The position numbers and the translations under genes were made by a program. A stretch of DNA of 63,963 bases, the filler included, from Dirinaria sp. TL-2023a (taxonomy: Eukaryota), in NCBI GenBank assembly GCA_051941275.1. It is 3 parts of 3 records of this genome, joined end to end, with 100 filler letters (N's around TTAATTAATTAA, not from the genome) between each part and the next. Parts side by side here need not be neighbours in the genome. Positions count along the whole stretch, not along the records: positions 22,631 to 45,130 come from JAVEBF010000222.1; positions 45,231 to 63,963 come from JAVEBF010000369.1; 1 more part is not named here. The stretch is one strand, 5' to 3'. The notes below the pieces were generated by a model. The model did not search any database and had not been told where the DNA came from. It was given only the letters and a program-made list of their open reading frames with translations. Every line of letters begins with the position of its first letter. Position 1 is the stretch's first letter. Of this stretch, positions 36,964 to 50,882 are shown piece by piece.

Positions 36964-38768
36964 GGTAGGTAGCTAATTTAATCAAGGTGTTGTAAGACTA
37001 TTGGGAGCCTTGAAGGCTTCGAAGGTTGTTGCCTCGCTGAGAGCTTGGTCAGATTGATCTAGAGCACAGGCATGGCCTCTGCAAAGGCTCAAATTTTGAA
37101 TGGGGGAAGAACAGTTGTGGGAAAGAAGTGAGGAATAGAAGGTTGAAGAGATTTCAGGCTTCTTAAAGCAGGCCACCCAACAGCGTTGTTGGGACCCACT
37201 ACCATGCAGCTGATATGTGCGGAGCTTGACTGAACACAACCCGTTATAACATTTGTGGCTGTTGATTCCGAGTTGTGACCTAGCCCGAGGAGGATATGAT
37301 GGGCGCCGAGACTCACAGAGTCTGGTAATCATGCATCAAGATTGTCTGGGTAACTTACAAAGGGAACCTTGTGGATGTTTTTCACAACTGTGTCTGGCAG
37401 AATGCGAGGCTCTTGTCTTTGACCTTTGAATTCAAGGTTGGAGTTGTGTAGCTATTGTGGAGGAGAGAAGCAGAGAGAAGGCCAGGCTTCACAAAGCAGA
37501 GGGTCGAGATGTTATCTGGCCTCGTAAAAGACTCGGGATGCAGCCGCAGAGAATACGCGTTGAGCGGCGCAGAGATTGCAGTAGCCTGTCAGAGGGCTTG
37601 ATCGAAGCAGAAGAAGAAAGTGGAAGGATGAGTATGCGGGTCTCCAAGGCCTTCTTGCTGGATCTGACGAAGACTCGCGCAGCGTCGATATCAGACGCGC
37701 CTTTGTTTGACGAGGTTCGCTGAACTCTGGCACGGCACCGGGACTGCGACTGGGATTTGGTCCCGAAGTGATGATATGACTTCGGATTTGGCGCTAAACA
37801 GCAGTTGTAGAAAGTGCACTGCAATGAAAGAAACTGAATTCAGGCCATACACCTGGAAGGCTTATGTGAATTTGATGGAAACCACTAAACCAGCATGTTT
37901 GATCGGCTGTCACCGGCGCAATCGATCTGAAACCGAGTGTCCAGGGCAGATCCTGCATGCAATGGATGCTCTCGGCTGAAGTGGGAACGTGAGTGAACCC
38001 AGGCTTCTTCTGTTCATCAAGAGCTTCCGCAGCGCTACTGCATCTTGGCTCCTCAGTTTGGCATGTGATCATTCCGCGTTGGCGACGACAGAAAGGCTTG
38101 CTAGAGGCTCTTCTGGGCCCAATGGATCACACCATTGACAGAGCTGTATTGGCAGTTGGTGCAATGGAAATTGGAGGAGAGTGAAGAGGCTGAAATACTA
38201 CCTATGGCTTGAGGAGAAGCGTGGCTCACGAGCAACCTAAGGTAGGTCTTCCCTCCTAGTGGCTTCTACTGAGCTAAAATCAGGCCCATGATTTCCAACA
38301 AGCCCTCAAATTTGGGTCCTGGACTACGTTCCTTTCTCACCCTCGCCTCTGCCACCATCAGAGAGCCCTGGGACTGACCACAACAGCGCTGGAGCCCCGG
38401 TAGCGCCAAGTTCTTACGACGGGCCATCGCTGTTCCCAGCTAGTCGAGAAGCCAGCCATGGCAACGGCGTTCGCCAATGATGGGGAGCCAGACCTGTCAT
38501 AAGGCGAGTTATCATATCGACGCTTCCAGCCTACAGCCTTTGCTTCGAACGCAAGCATGATCAAGGCCTCTCGTTCAGCTCGGTCAGAAGCTTGATTCCT
38601 TGGCCAGAGTGTTCGCAGGCACAATATGTCCTAGTTATCACAGTTTCAGACACGGGATTCACCTCCTAATTGGAATTACCTAGCAAGGCTACCTGCTTCG
38701 ATGGTTGCTGAGCCAATGCTGTAAGGATCCCGTTCACGGCGGCAAGTACGTACCTAGTACCATTTCCA

Positions 38769-40973
38769 TCATCCACAGGTCTGAGCACTTCCTTCATCTA
38801 TGCACGAAAGGTCAGCAACCCTTCATCAGCAATCAAAAACAGCGCCGTACTGCGAATGAGCTTGGCTACAGCCAAGACTAGACTGATCCCCATAACCACA
38901 AAGCCGAAGACGGCACATCCAACGGCAGGAATTGTTTTCCGACTTCTCGTACTCAGTTTGATGTAGCAAAGCGGAGGCAGGATATACGCTAACGCACAGG
39001 CACTGGTAGCGCCGAAGAGTTCAAAGACCGCGCCCAGGTCGCACGTCAAAAGTGACATAGTCATGGCTGTTACGGTCAGTGAGGTCGTGAAGATGAGGTG
39101 GCGATTCGGATTCCATGGCTCGTCGGGAAACCAGTAATTTGTCATGACCTCACGGCACACGAAAGCCTCGAGAGGAAAAGTGGTCAACATGTTCAGCCCA
39201 AAACAGCTTCGGAGGCTTAGCTATATTTCCAGCTCACGCGGAAATGGATGGGAAGACTTACAAACGCGCAATGTTGACCATAACGTTGTCCGTGGGGAAG
39301 TTATTCAATACGTTGCCTTGAGTCTTGTCCCCAAATGTCAAGAACCCGGCCAGTGCCATGATCAGGCAAGCAAGCATTGAGATAGACGTGGAATAATGTG
39401 TCACGCGGGCAAACCGATCCATGGTTGGTTTCTTTAGCGACCCGTAGATTAGTAGACTGTTGTGATCTACCGCAAACGGTTAATCCAGACCTGGGTTTCC
39501 GGCATTGATGGTACATACGACAGACGAATGCTAGGCGCACGGTTAGAACTTTGGAGGTATCCTCGCAGACCAAACTTACCAAAAGATATTACCCCAATAG
39601 CCTGGAAAATGCCGCTTTGAACGAGGAGAGATCCTTTGATGCTACCCTTATACTCGGAATCTAACCTTGCGCCCTGCGTAATGACGGTTATAATGATAAT
39701 GAGCATACTAATCAACGCCAATGTAGATGCTTTCGCTAGCTATTCGGTGTCAGTGTGTTCATTGTCGAATAGGGAAGCTGACAGCCTTACTTTTGCGATA
39801 TCGCGATAGAGTGATAAAGGATAGGAGATGCCAAGAATGAAAATTATTATAACAGCTCGTCTGTTTGTCAGGAGCCACAAGAAAGGTGTGCTAGGTAGAG
39901 AAGGGAACAAGGCCATCATGACATTCGGTATTGTGTCTCCCACAATGATGCAGAAGGCGATCATGCCTCCGAAAGCACTGCTCACCAAGTCAGAAAAGCT
40001 CCCAGTATCAACATCCAGACATACAAGACCCATTGAGCTACCTAAGCGCCAGCGTCAGCTTGGAATCGATAGATGTGGAGGCGAAACTGACCGAAATTGA
40101 AATAAGTCCTGTTTTACCGAAACAGTGCTCCATCGTCGCTTGGAAAGATCCAGCACCACTAAGCTTAGAATTTATGACAATCAAGCGGATGGTCCAGTCA
40201 ACCTGAATCGGTCGTTAGCCGGATGGGTAGCCAAGTTGTTTCTCAAGAAAATATACCGTGACGGTCAAAGCGACGAGAAGCAGAATGCCCATTGCTAATC
40301 CAGCTTGACGGAAAGCATAAGGCTGACCTGCATGGCATTATGAGACTGCTAGAACAGAGATGCGGTGTAGAATGCAAGAGTACCTATGATACCAGCGCCA
40401 CTGCAAGAAGTCAGCGTCTGCAAAAGGGCATCGTGAAGACGAATTTTACATTATACTGTTCGCCATGTTCATGAAAGCGCTCCGCATCCCGCTCTTGGGT
40501 CTAGCTGTCTCGAGCAAGTCCTCCACATTGAAGCTGACATCGCTACCAGCGACCGTCACGCTGGGGGCTTCAATGTCCGTAAGGAGCGGTGCTCTCTGCC
40601 CGGTACTGCTGCTGCTGCGGCTGGAACGTGTGTTGCCGGATAGATAGTCATCCTCTTCTACCCAATTCAGGCTGCTGCCATCGCTGCTCGCCGGTGGATG
40701 TCCATTGGGGGCGCGCTCACTGCTCATCCGCTCTTCGATATCGAATCGGACCCGGTTGGAAGTCCGCGGTGTTCGGGGCTGGCCATTCGGTGGAGGTTTA
40801 GAAATCGAAGACTGACGCCGCTCCGGCAGAGGAATACGTCGAGGAGGTGCAGAGTTACTGGGAAGACTTTCTACCTCCTCCTCCACAGAGGGTGGGAGGA
40901 GAGCTTCAGCTTCCTCGGATTGATCATTTGTTGCGCGTTGAATGCTGGCTTCATTGCGTTTATCCCAGGGCAT
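38769..40973 (-). CDS. AVT2: Amino acid transporter, AAAP/Aa_trans family (Avt2/SLC38A11-like), multi-exon
   Basis: PKSGMRSAFMNMANSI|IGAGII, AFGGMIAFCIIVGDTIP, ISYPLSLYRDIAK, QAIGVISF, YGSLKKPTMDRF, GNVLNNFP, TFPLEAFVCRE, GATSACALAYILPPLCYIKL. Confidence 0.92.
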
Positions 40974-41629
40974 TTCGCTACTGTAGGACCATCTTGTGGC
41001 AGAAAGTCATGGTAAAAGAATCGAAGACATGTGGCAGGGACGTGCACTCGGTGTCACGAACAAAATCAAGCTGAAGCTGACATGGTTGGTTGGTGATTAG
41101 TGTAAGCCAAAGTATTCTGGGGCCCTTACGGCGGAGTACGAGTAGCGTGATCAATGCCAAGAATGGCCTCTTGGTCCCCATTGAAAACGCTTCAGGGGGT
41201 GCATAGGTCAAGCTTTAGGGGGGCCTTGAGGGGGCCTTGGACAGCATATTAAATCATCTGGGCGGTCGCCTTAGGTCCCTTCCCCTGCACAACTTCCCAG
41301 TTGCTACTTCGTAGCCAGGGTGAACATGAATTACCTCAGCTAGCTCATGGGATCAAGTTGAGGACACTTCAGTACCACTTGGCCTTTTCATTGCTATTGG
41401 GGCAATGCCTACATCATTGTGATTTGGATTCAGAAGCATGATGGCACGATCAACGCTCACTATCTGCCATATTCGGCCAGATGCGATTCAATTACATTGT
41501 CTCTACGAAAGGGCAGCACAAACACACTAGTCGATGTGGATGTTGATCCAAATTTTGGAACAGTTAAATAAAATGGTACCCAAATCCAACCCATGCGACA
41601 AGCACCAGCGCTATGCATAATGTGCCCGC

Positions 41630-43345
41630 TCATTTCCAAGCATAAAGGAATAAAGATATCCAAATCATAACCACAAGCCATGAGCCCGAACGCATGTACC
41701 TTCTATATATATGAGTCGCTGCACTAGTCGGGGAAGTGACTGAGTCAGAAGTCGGGTGTGATCTCGATCCTGTGGAAGTCGATCGAGAGGTGCTTTGCCC
41801 TTCAGGCAGTAATACTGTAGGTGATGCTGCGATTGCAGCGCCGGAGCTTGTCGGAGATCCAGCAAGGCCAGTTGTTGACGGCAGAGACGCAGTCAAGCTA
41901 GGGGTTGAGTTCGAGTTCTCAGCTTTCATCCCGAAGCCTATATAGCTGTCAATATCGCTTCCAACGACGTCCACCTTGAGATACCAGCGCACCTATTCGC
42001 TCTTTGTCAAAGTCGAAGACGGTGTACACGTTCTTCAAAAACACATCTCCAAGCAACCACTGGTTAGACGCAAAAGCTTGCCGCCCAATAATATTACTTT
42101 CACACATATCGCCCCCTTTTACCGGTTTTCCGACGTAATCCTTTGACGTGATGTTGTATGATACGCCGGAAATGATAATCTGTATGGGCTCCTTCGTCGA
42201 GCAAGGAAGATGAAACATCTCACCATCCTGTACTGATTGAGGGATTTGAGAGTGAAGTACCTTAGAATCATCAGGTGGCAGAAGCACAAACGTTGTACCT
42301 GTATCAACGATGGCACTCTTGCCAGTGAATTTGCACTTCTTTCCACTGAAGGCAGCGTCGTCCACGGGGATTTCCCACAATTTGCCATTGGAGAGTGTGT
42401 CACTAAAGGATAAGTCGCCCGTATATTGGGATGAATCGGGTGCGCCAAAACTCAACTCTCCGTTCGTACTCCCATCGCTTTCTCGTTGGAGCGCGACTCC
42501 AAAGAGGTTCGCGGGCAAAGCCTTGGTGGCTTCGATTGCCTCCATGGCTGTAGGAAATTGCATTGTATTCGAAGCTGCTCGACCCAAACCTAGTATACCG
42601 TCCATAGGATATTCCAGGAAGTCATCTGATGTTGTGGATGCGGCTCCAAACGACAAAGGGACCGACATTCCAGCTATCCTAACCGTGTCATTTACCGTCA
42701 CTCCCGAAACAGATCCAGTACCATATGTCAGGTTGAACGTCCGCCCAGTCGACTTAAACGTAGTAGAGTCCGCTGATCCAAATGTGTTATGTTTTTGACA
42801 TGCGGCTGATGTGCAATTAGATCCCATGACCCAGGTATTGGCTGCGCCAGTGTCGATAAGCATGTACATCATGGTATCTTGAGAGCCAAAGTAAAGCGAT
42901 GCAAAGTAGCTGAAATCTGTGCCGTCTTCATTGATTGGGACACTGTTGGTCTGAGAGGGTTTAGCTGCAGTAACGACATTATATTCGTTTCCTCGCTTGA
43001 CGCGTGTGCCGTGTTCGATTCGTGGTTGCCTTTGCCACCTTCGGAAGATAGCATTCGTTTCGACGATGCTCCAGTCGTAAGTGCGGGCTTGGTACTATCT
43101 AAATTAGAGCCATGGTCTTAAGGTAATTATGAGATTATACTGACTGGAGGGGCTCTACGCTTTATCGATAGCCGGACGGAGCTTTTGGCCCTCTTCTCCT
43201 GATTTCCAGAATTCCCACTGAAGCTACCCGTAGACTGCAGCGAGCTTGCGTCGGCATTCTGGATGTTCGTCGGCCGAACTGGATAAAATGCGGTGATTAT
43301 AGCCGGGGACAGGCTTGCACAAAGGAACCATAGTGGTAAACGCAT
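41630..43345 (-). CDS. ctsD: Secreted/GPI-type pepsin-like (A1) aspartic endopeptidase, CtsD-like; 2 introns
   Basis: Signal peptide; INEDGTDFSYF, MLIDTGAANTWV, LTYGTG, DGILGLG, AIVDTGT, WLLGDVFLKNVYTVFDFD; Ser/Thr tail and hydrophobic C-terminus. Confidence 0.92.
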
Positions 43346-45130
43346 TATTTAAATAGACATAAGTTAGTGTAGTTGATTGATAAACAAGGGAGATCCAAAG
43401 GCTATGAGTTTTCAGTATGGTTGATGTTTCTGCTTCGTGCTCCAGGCACATGTAGAAACTCGTCTAGGTCTCTGGTGATCAAGGTTCAAGACTGGCATAC
43501 TATATTCGCCAATCGGCATCCAAAGGACGCGGCTTCAAATGAGCTAAGATGGAGTTTGAAATCAGACGAGACAAGTCACAGTGGAAGGAATCCTCAAAAC
43601 GATCGGGCAAGCGAGTGTAGATGCCTCTGGCACATCAAACGAATGAGTCCCAAGCAGTACGAAGTCAGCCACAGTTGTAAAGAATGTACAATGCAAGATG
43701 AAGTAGGCGTGAGATATATGAAAAGGAAACTGTAGTCGAAAGACGGAAGACACAAAATGAAATAAGCAAAGTAGAGAAAGAGCCAGAAAGTAGAGAAGAG
43801 GTCGAGCGACGAGGAGGTCGATCCATGGAAGCCAAGAGGGACGATCAGAGCGTTTGTGCCTGCAACCAGACTCAATCTGGGTAAGACAGCCTGGACAGCG
43901 CAGCTGCAAGCCTGCAAGCCTGTCCGGCGTCCAGCATGCCAATTACTATTGCCAATGATCAGCCAGCACACGGAGGATTTGCAAGCCAACAATCTCCACA
44001 ACGGCTGCGCCGAGGGAGCGTGGGCAACTGGTTACTGGGCATGAGCATTGCACCCATCCATGGGTACGGAGTACCTAGTCGAGCTAGTCAGGGGCATGGC
44101 GGCTCAGGCTCAGGCTCCGGCTCAGGGGAAACCTGGGCGTGCCCACTACCCAGTCGGAGGCTCGGAGCGGCACCCAATCATACAACGTCCCATACCTTAT
44201 GCTCTCCACCTCCCGAGCTCCCTAAAGGTAAAAGTAGTGGAAGACTTCTATCTGTTACCTTCCAAGATATTCAAGAGATTTGTCTGACTCCAAAGTAATT
44301 CTGACTTGGATACCTGATCATGTTGCTTGCTAGTGATTAAAAACTCTTAACCAATTCTTGAGAGATGAGATACCGTTTACGTAAGATTGCATACCTTTAC
44401 TGTCAGCTTGGAGCCTTTGACAACACAGGCGTACAACTAGATCGGAAAAACCTGGGGGGCAATGGAATTATGTGTGAAGATAGATACAGCCTTTTAGTCA
44501 CACTTCAAAAGAAGAAGAAAAAAAGAAAAAAAGAAGGAAAAAAAGAAAGAAAGCCATTCTTCAACAAGCGGATAGGAGATGCCCATCCAGTCCTTTTGAC
44601 GAGACGCTTTCGATCATGTTTCATACTCATGACTCTTCACTACCTCTAAACAGATAGGATACTGATTCTACAATGAGCGACACTCAATATAATGCCACAC
44701 TCAAATAAAAGGGATGACCTTACATTGGATCAGACGGGAAATTTTCTTTCTTTTCTCCTTTATCCATGTGCTAACGAGGGTCTGGCCAACGAACGGGACT
44801 TTTTTTTCCGACGATAACAGTTTGGGAAATATGAGAAAAGCTGTTGAATGCTAAGAGGTTGTGTGGTTCCCATCTGTATGGCTTGTGTACATATTGTGCA
44901 AACAAGGGCTTGCAGACACCAGCCACTGAAAACCCCTGACCGGCTATAAACACATCTGTTATTGTGTTCTTCATCATCATCGTCGTCGTCGTCGTTAGGA
45001 CATGCTCTCGGATAGAAATAAAAAGCACAGCTCATTGAAGTGACGCATCCCAGCCCATCTCAACATACTAGCCGCTCCACCCCACAGGCACTCCAATGCA
45101 CCCAAACTCCCACCCTAGCCCAGATCCACC

Positions 45131-45230
45131 NNNNNNNNNNNNNNNNNNNNNNNNNNNNNNNNNNNNNNNNNNNNTTAATTAATTAANNNNNNNNNNNNNN
45201 NNNNNNNNNNNNNNNNNNNNNNNNNNNNNN
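45131..45230. other. Artificial contig linker (N44-TTAATTAATTAA-N44)
   Basis: Same as the first linker; 12-mer at 45175-45186. Confidence 0.97.
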
Positions 45231-46379
45231 GGGCTCAAATTCCACTAACTCGAATTTTTGAGATCGATACGTTGTCTCAAACAGTATGAAATTGAATGTG
45301 ACTGTAGATAAATTTCTTGATTATTTCATACAAATTTGATCATTTTCAACCACTCACACATTCTCTCGCAGGCTCATCATAACAGAACACAGCAATCAAA
45401 ATTCTGAATCGACAGAAAATCGTAATTTACTAAACTTCATAATATTTGTAAAAATAAAAGAATTTGGTTAACTGTAAAAAATATTGTATCGCCCAGGAAA
45501 AGGATGAGTTTTAGTGGGGAATAGCTGTATGCGTGTAGACTTTTGCGTTAGTACTGTATACTTTAGGGAAATCTGTCATGGTTGAGGATAAATTATCTGC
45601 CGCTTTCTCAAGGTATATAGACCTCTACCACTCACTTATCTTCCTACTTCATCTTTCGTCTTCCTTTCACCTCTCCCTACCGTCCCCTTTTTCTTTGCAT
45701 ATTCAATCCACATCCATGGCCGCCGATCTTTATTGGCCCCCTCGGACAAATCCATCTATCGAGCCATGTCAGCTGCTCCTGCCTGGATCTATACGCCGCG
45801 ATTTCTGCGACGCATCAGAGGTACTGCATCCTCTCCGCGCTACAGCTACGAAGAGCGAAATCACCGTCTCAGGGCCATGTCACCAAAATGAGACGATTTG
45901 CGGCATACTGGTCGGCGTAGCTAGGCAGACACGCAATAAGCGCTGCTCAGGTTTATCCATAGACCCCTCGGGTCAGGTCACCAGATCGTAGCTGAGCGGT
46001 GATCCTTATCCATGCGATTAGGCAGATGTGTTGGAAGGCATTTCTTTCATTGGTCGGATAGCAGCTGTTTTCCGGTCAGACAGTTCCTTCGCCCTGGTAT
46101 ACTCGCCGCAAGCTGAAATTTTCGGGTCTGGACGGGTTACCAGAAGGCGATCAATGCCAACTAGTGACGAAAAAGAACGATGATTCCGAATGTTTGCAAA
46201 TATAGCCTCGGCGCCTGCCTTCTCTGATCGTAAGGCTGCGTAAAAGGATTGAGGGATTGTACATCCCCATGAAACGAGATCCCTATTTATTCGCTCCTCA
46301 GACCTGCATAGTCAACTTACCTAAGCACCTCTATGAAAGAGATAATTGGTTTGTTCTAGCCAAATAAAGCCTTGCTGGC

Positions 46380-47725
46380 CGAATCAAATGTCTCTTTTTT
46401 GCTCGAAAATCGTCGCAAAAACAATTGAGGATAAATCACGAAGTGCTTATTATAGATGCTATATACAGACCGAAGTGGTATAGAATGCCTCTGTTCGTGA
46501 TTACTGGTGTCAATGCTCTCAATCGGACCTTCTACGTCGCTTTTGCTTTCATTCATGAGGAGAAAGTAATAATTTACAAATAGGTGCTTGAACAACTGAG
46601 AGAACTTTATCACAAATTATATATTCTATCTCCGAAAATTATCCTTTCCGATTACGAAAAGGCCTTAATTGGAGGCATTAGACTCGTTTTTTCCTGAAAC
46701 GGTGATTCTCCTTTACTTTTGGCATGTCCAGAACAATGTTGCCTCGAAATACAAGCATTGTTATAACTAGGATAACTGGAAGACTTTCCGGAAGGAATTT
46801 ACAGCGATGTGCTACAAGCAGTCAAAAGAAGGATTTAAAAATGCTTAGGATAGCTTCCAGGCTAGTTGGACTGATAAAGCGGTCCTAGCTGTACTCTATA
46901 TTCAAGACTACGTCATCCTATACAAAGCGAAGTTTGTAAAGTTCTGGACCAATAAGTATCGCTACTTCAACAATGCAACTACTGGCCCGCTGCGAGAGAG
47001 CACACGGAAAATTCAAGAATGGACTCGGTATATCAACTGGTGGCCTTAAATCGGCAGTCGACGCAATCGAGAGAGTACTCCGGAACGAATATCTAGATTT
47101 CGTCGACGAGCTTGCAGGCGATAAGATTCGTCTTCGATTCAAGTATCGAATTTGATATGTTTCGAGACCTCAAGGGGCATACCTCATCAGAAGCACTCAA
47201 GCAACTTAAAAAAAACAATGGGATCTTGTTCGTCATGAAAGTACAAATGGCTCGTTAAAGCCGTGTACAGGAGTCTTCACAACAGTAACAGGACTCCCTT
47301 ATGCTCACTTTATGAAGCGGAAGAAGAACAACAACGAGGTTCTCATGGTAGAGGACATACGCACGCATTGGTGGTTCAATAAGCCTAGGGCAGATGAGCA
47401 AATCACTGTTACTAACAACACTAATGAGCAAACGAGTATGCTTGATGATCTTAGTGATCACGGTAATGATACCGATCCTGAAGCCGACGTGCCAGCAGAT
47501 ACCCACAGAGGTATTGCCAGCGACGAGGATAATGAGAACAGTAACAATAATGACCTCCTTCCACTAATCGTCGATCCAGCACTCCAGGTCGTCGAGCCTG
47601 ACGCAGTACAGCCTAAATGCCGGCCACAAGGTTCACGCAACAAGAAGAATAAGAGATCTCGCCCTGATGACGACGATGATACAATGCTTGTTAATGCTTA
47701 TTTGGTGAACTACCCTGTTCCATGA
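46380..47725 (+). mobile_element. Degenerate Mutator-like (MULE) DNA transposon transposase, pseudogenised
   Basis: Stitched translation: VLIIDAIYRPKWYRMPLFVITGVNALNRTFYVAFAF..YK*VLEQL..ILSDYEKALIGGIRLVF/PE..LLYFWHVQNNV..YFNNATT/RCERAHGKFK..KPCTGVFTTVTGLPYAH..IRTHWWF. Matches the MULE D-x-YK..MPL, D.E.AL, CxWH and E.AH motifs, with stops and frameshifts. Element ends not identified. Confidence 0.9.
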
Positions 47726-48063
47726 TGCTTCGGTTGCCGGGACGGTACCCTACACGATGTACCAATACAGCATAAAATCTAGGAGCCGAGCTACTATAGG
47801 GCCCTCCTATGTACGTTAGAGGCTAGGGGCTAGGGAAAATTTAAAGATGTCCATAAACTTCATTTGGATGGAGAAAGATTCTCCCCGTCCCATACAAATA
47901 AGGGTAAATGGATTCTCAAGCTTCCGCAATAGCTCAAGGAAATAACGTGATGTTGCAGACTTCCGCAGCGCAATGAAAAGCATTCCACGAAAGCATAGAC
48001 AACATTCTAAGCAATTTCTTCATTCCTGCCCTTCGTTGTCAACCAATTGAAAGTCAATATTGA

Positions 48064-48790
48064 TTAAGTAGCGACCTCGTATTCATTCTCAGCCTCAAAG
48101 ATAGCGGCAAAATCGCTCGAAGCGCTTTCGCTCGCAGCGTCCTTATGATCTTGGTCTCCCAAGAGGCTTTGGACGAATAGATTGTAATCCTACGATACAT
48201 TTGTTAATATTTAGGTCAAAGCAAAGAGATGGGATTGTGTATGTTCATCACGTACACTGAAAGCGGGTGCAAGGTTTTGCAAGGCAGAATAGATGGCTTT
48301 TTGTTGCAGAAGGAGAGTAAGGATCTCTTTCTTCTCGATCAGATCATCCAGATATTTCTGCAATAGTTCCGTGAACTACGATATATCATCAGCAAAGATC
48401 ATTTTGAAAGACATGGTCTTTTCAAAATCACTAACATCACTGTAAGCGTCAGTCAATTGATCCTCAGTCGCTCTGTTAGAGCTGGCCGCAGTACCCTGGT
48501 TGCCTGAGACGATTTGCTCGATTTGGGAGCCGAGGTTTTGGATGCCGTCGGGGATTTTCTGCGGAAGAACAAATGAGCCTTGTATCAAGGATTCCCCCGA
48601 TTCAAAAGGCCAGGGTTTCTACCTGAGCAGCCAAGATCCCGCTGATACTCTCAATGTCATTGACATCTTGATCGTCTTCGGCAACGATTTGCGCCAGGCT
48701 TTGAGTACTAGCGATAACTTCATTATAAGAAGCAAGGGCTGAAGAAGAAAGGCAGAGAAGGGTCATAAGGATAAGCGACTTTAAGACCAT
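48064..48790 (-). CDS. Small secreted alpha-helical protein, UVI-1-like; 4 exons
   Basis: Signal peptide MVLKSLILMTLLCLSSSALA. Spliced in frame to EDQLTDAYSD|FTELLQKYLDDLIEKKEILTLL..AIYSALQNLAPAFS|DYNLFVQSLL..AIFEAENEYEVAT*. The family call rests on resemblance only. Confidence 0.7.
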
Positions 48791-50882
48791 GATGATTGTT
48801 CATCAGATCAGTGTTGGTGAATTGGTCAAGTTATCTTATCTCCCTTCAATGACCGCCGGATGATATTTTGGTCCAGGCACACGAAACCGCTTGCTGAAAT
48901 AAAATAAGACGTAACGTTCAGAGAGTATATAAGATGTGTCTGGAGCGTGTCCTTATTTGCTAATTAAGTCGACCCTTTATACTATCGAGAGGTGTGCAAC
49001 TGTAGAATTTCACGGTATGTTCCCTAGTCAGGGAATGCGAATTTACCTCATCAACTACCTAGATCAATATTAATTTGGAATTGTCGGCTGAGTTGGCCCA
49101 CCTTCTTCTTTATGACTTCGGCTAAAATTCTCGTGGCTGTTTTTGGCGTGACATCGGGCTTATAACTACGCTGAGAGTGCATCTAGAAGGTCTAGTCCTA
49201 TCGCTGTAATGAAAGCCTTATTTTATACCTTTACCGATGTGATGTAATGTGATAGATAACTTATTATGAAAATATTGCTCCCTACGAGTGGTTACAGCTG
49301 TTACTCACTCTAGTCCACCCACTTCGCTTAGATATTGTGTTGGGGTGCAAGGTAATAATGGCTATTTCGTCCCTCATTAATCATACGCGTCGACGGGCGC
49401 TGCCAGCGCGGCTACCGGACTAAGGGATAGAGCTAAGGCGGAGAAATTACGGGATTGGATTGAAGAGGTAGTAGTCGTCAATAATGTCCATGATACCACC
49501 CAAGTAGTCACCCAAGGTATGACGCTCGATGGATGGGGGGTTTGATAATACCCAAATCACCGAGGATGTCCCCAAGAATAGGTGGTGTAGTGGGAAGTCG
49601 AAGGATTGGTTTACCGCCCTAGATCTTTTGCAAATCAAATCTGGTAAGAGATCCCTTCTGCAAATCCACATCTAACTTTTATCAATGATTGATTGAACCG
49701 AAAAAAAAGGACCTTACCAGATCAAGTATATTGTAAATCTTTCGGTATCTAATTGGTTAATCATTGATGATGCAAACGCTACACTCGACCCACGCTGCAC
49801 CAATTACCTATGGTTGGGCAATTTGGTGACGTGTGATTTCCCAATCTGAGAAAGTCGATAATCCACAATCAGATGCACATTCAATGCCGATGGATAGGCA
49901 GAGAGTGATCTCGAGTTCAAAGTGTCACATCATGCTCTAGACGTCTAGCGAGAAACATGTGAGAGCCTTGCAGAGCAAGAGAGAAATGTTTAGATGTCTG
50001 GGATGTCATCTCATAGAGATCACCGATGTCATCTCGAGTGCGCATTTGATAAATATGTGATTGTTTTTATGCAGTCATCTCATTTAAAAGCAGAAAAACA
50101 TAAAATTTTCAAATGCGATTGACAATATGAGACTGTTTGTCGAATGCGATTAACGACCGTACAGAGCTTCTGACTGAGCTGAGAACAGATTTCTGACTTC
50201 TTTTGAGATCAAGATTTTGCAATAAACATGCACACGCCTAATTCGTTTGACGATCAGTCTACGAACTTATTCCATCTGTCGTTCGTACAGATACAGTACT
50301 GTACCCGACACCACATCCTCAAAGCGATTCGCAATGAAAAATGCATTATTGACTGATACGATGGCGGTGACTGAACCTAAGAATCTAGGCCTCGTCTACG
50401 ACAAAGGCATGTACCGTGGACACGTGTCACTATTCAATCGTTCGGAATTATGTGAACTTGTGATACTTCTAGCCCACAGCCTGATAGGAATGTTCTGATG
50501 CCTCGTGTAAAAACAGCCAGTCACCAGCTCCTAGAAGGTGGAATCGGAACATTTGCTATGCTTGTATTATGGAACTGTAAAATTGTCTAGCTGTTGAAAA
50601 ATGCGAATCTGTTCCTCCACTCTGCCGACGGCTTTTGATTGGGGGTGTAGGGGCTGGAAGACCATTAATTCCTTAATAATCGAGATAGAAGGATCATCAG
50701 CAGCTACAAATAAGTCAAACAATCATCGGCGGAATGGTGCAAACAATATTCCTATCCTTAACAGGTGATGGCCTAAGGGACGCCGGATGTTGAGCCCTCT
50801 AACGAAGATAAGCAGCTATCAGACTTTCATCCGTTCATTTCTTATGGATTTCCAAGATAGTAGAGGCTGACAACCATAAATA

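Noticed and set aside
37089..38624. Short ORFs between the large hypothetical gene and AVT2
   Set aside because: No recognisable motifs, and I could not build a consistent splice model.
45231..47900. Terminal inverted repeats or target-site duplication for the MULE relic
   Set aside because: I found no convincing inverted match by eye; the left end may lie beyond the contig break.
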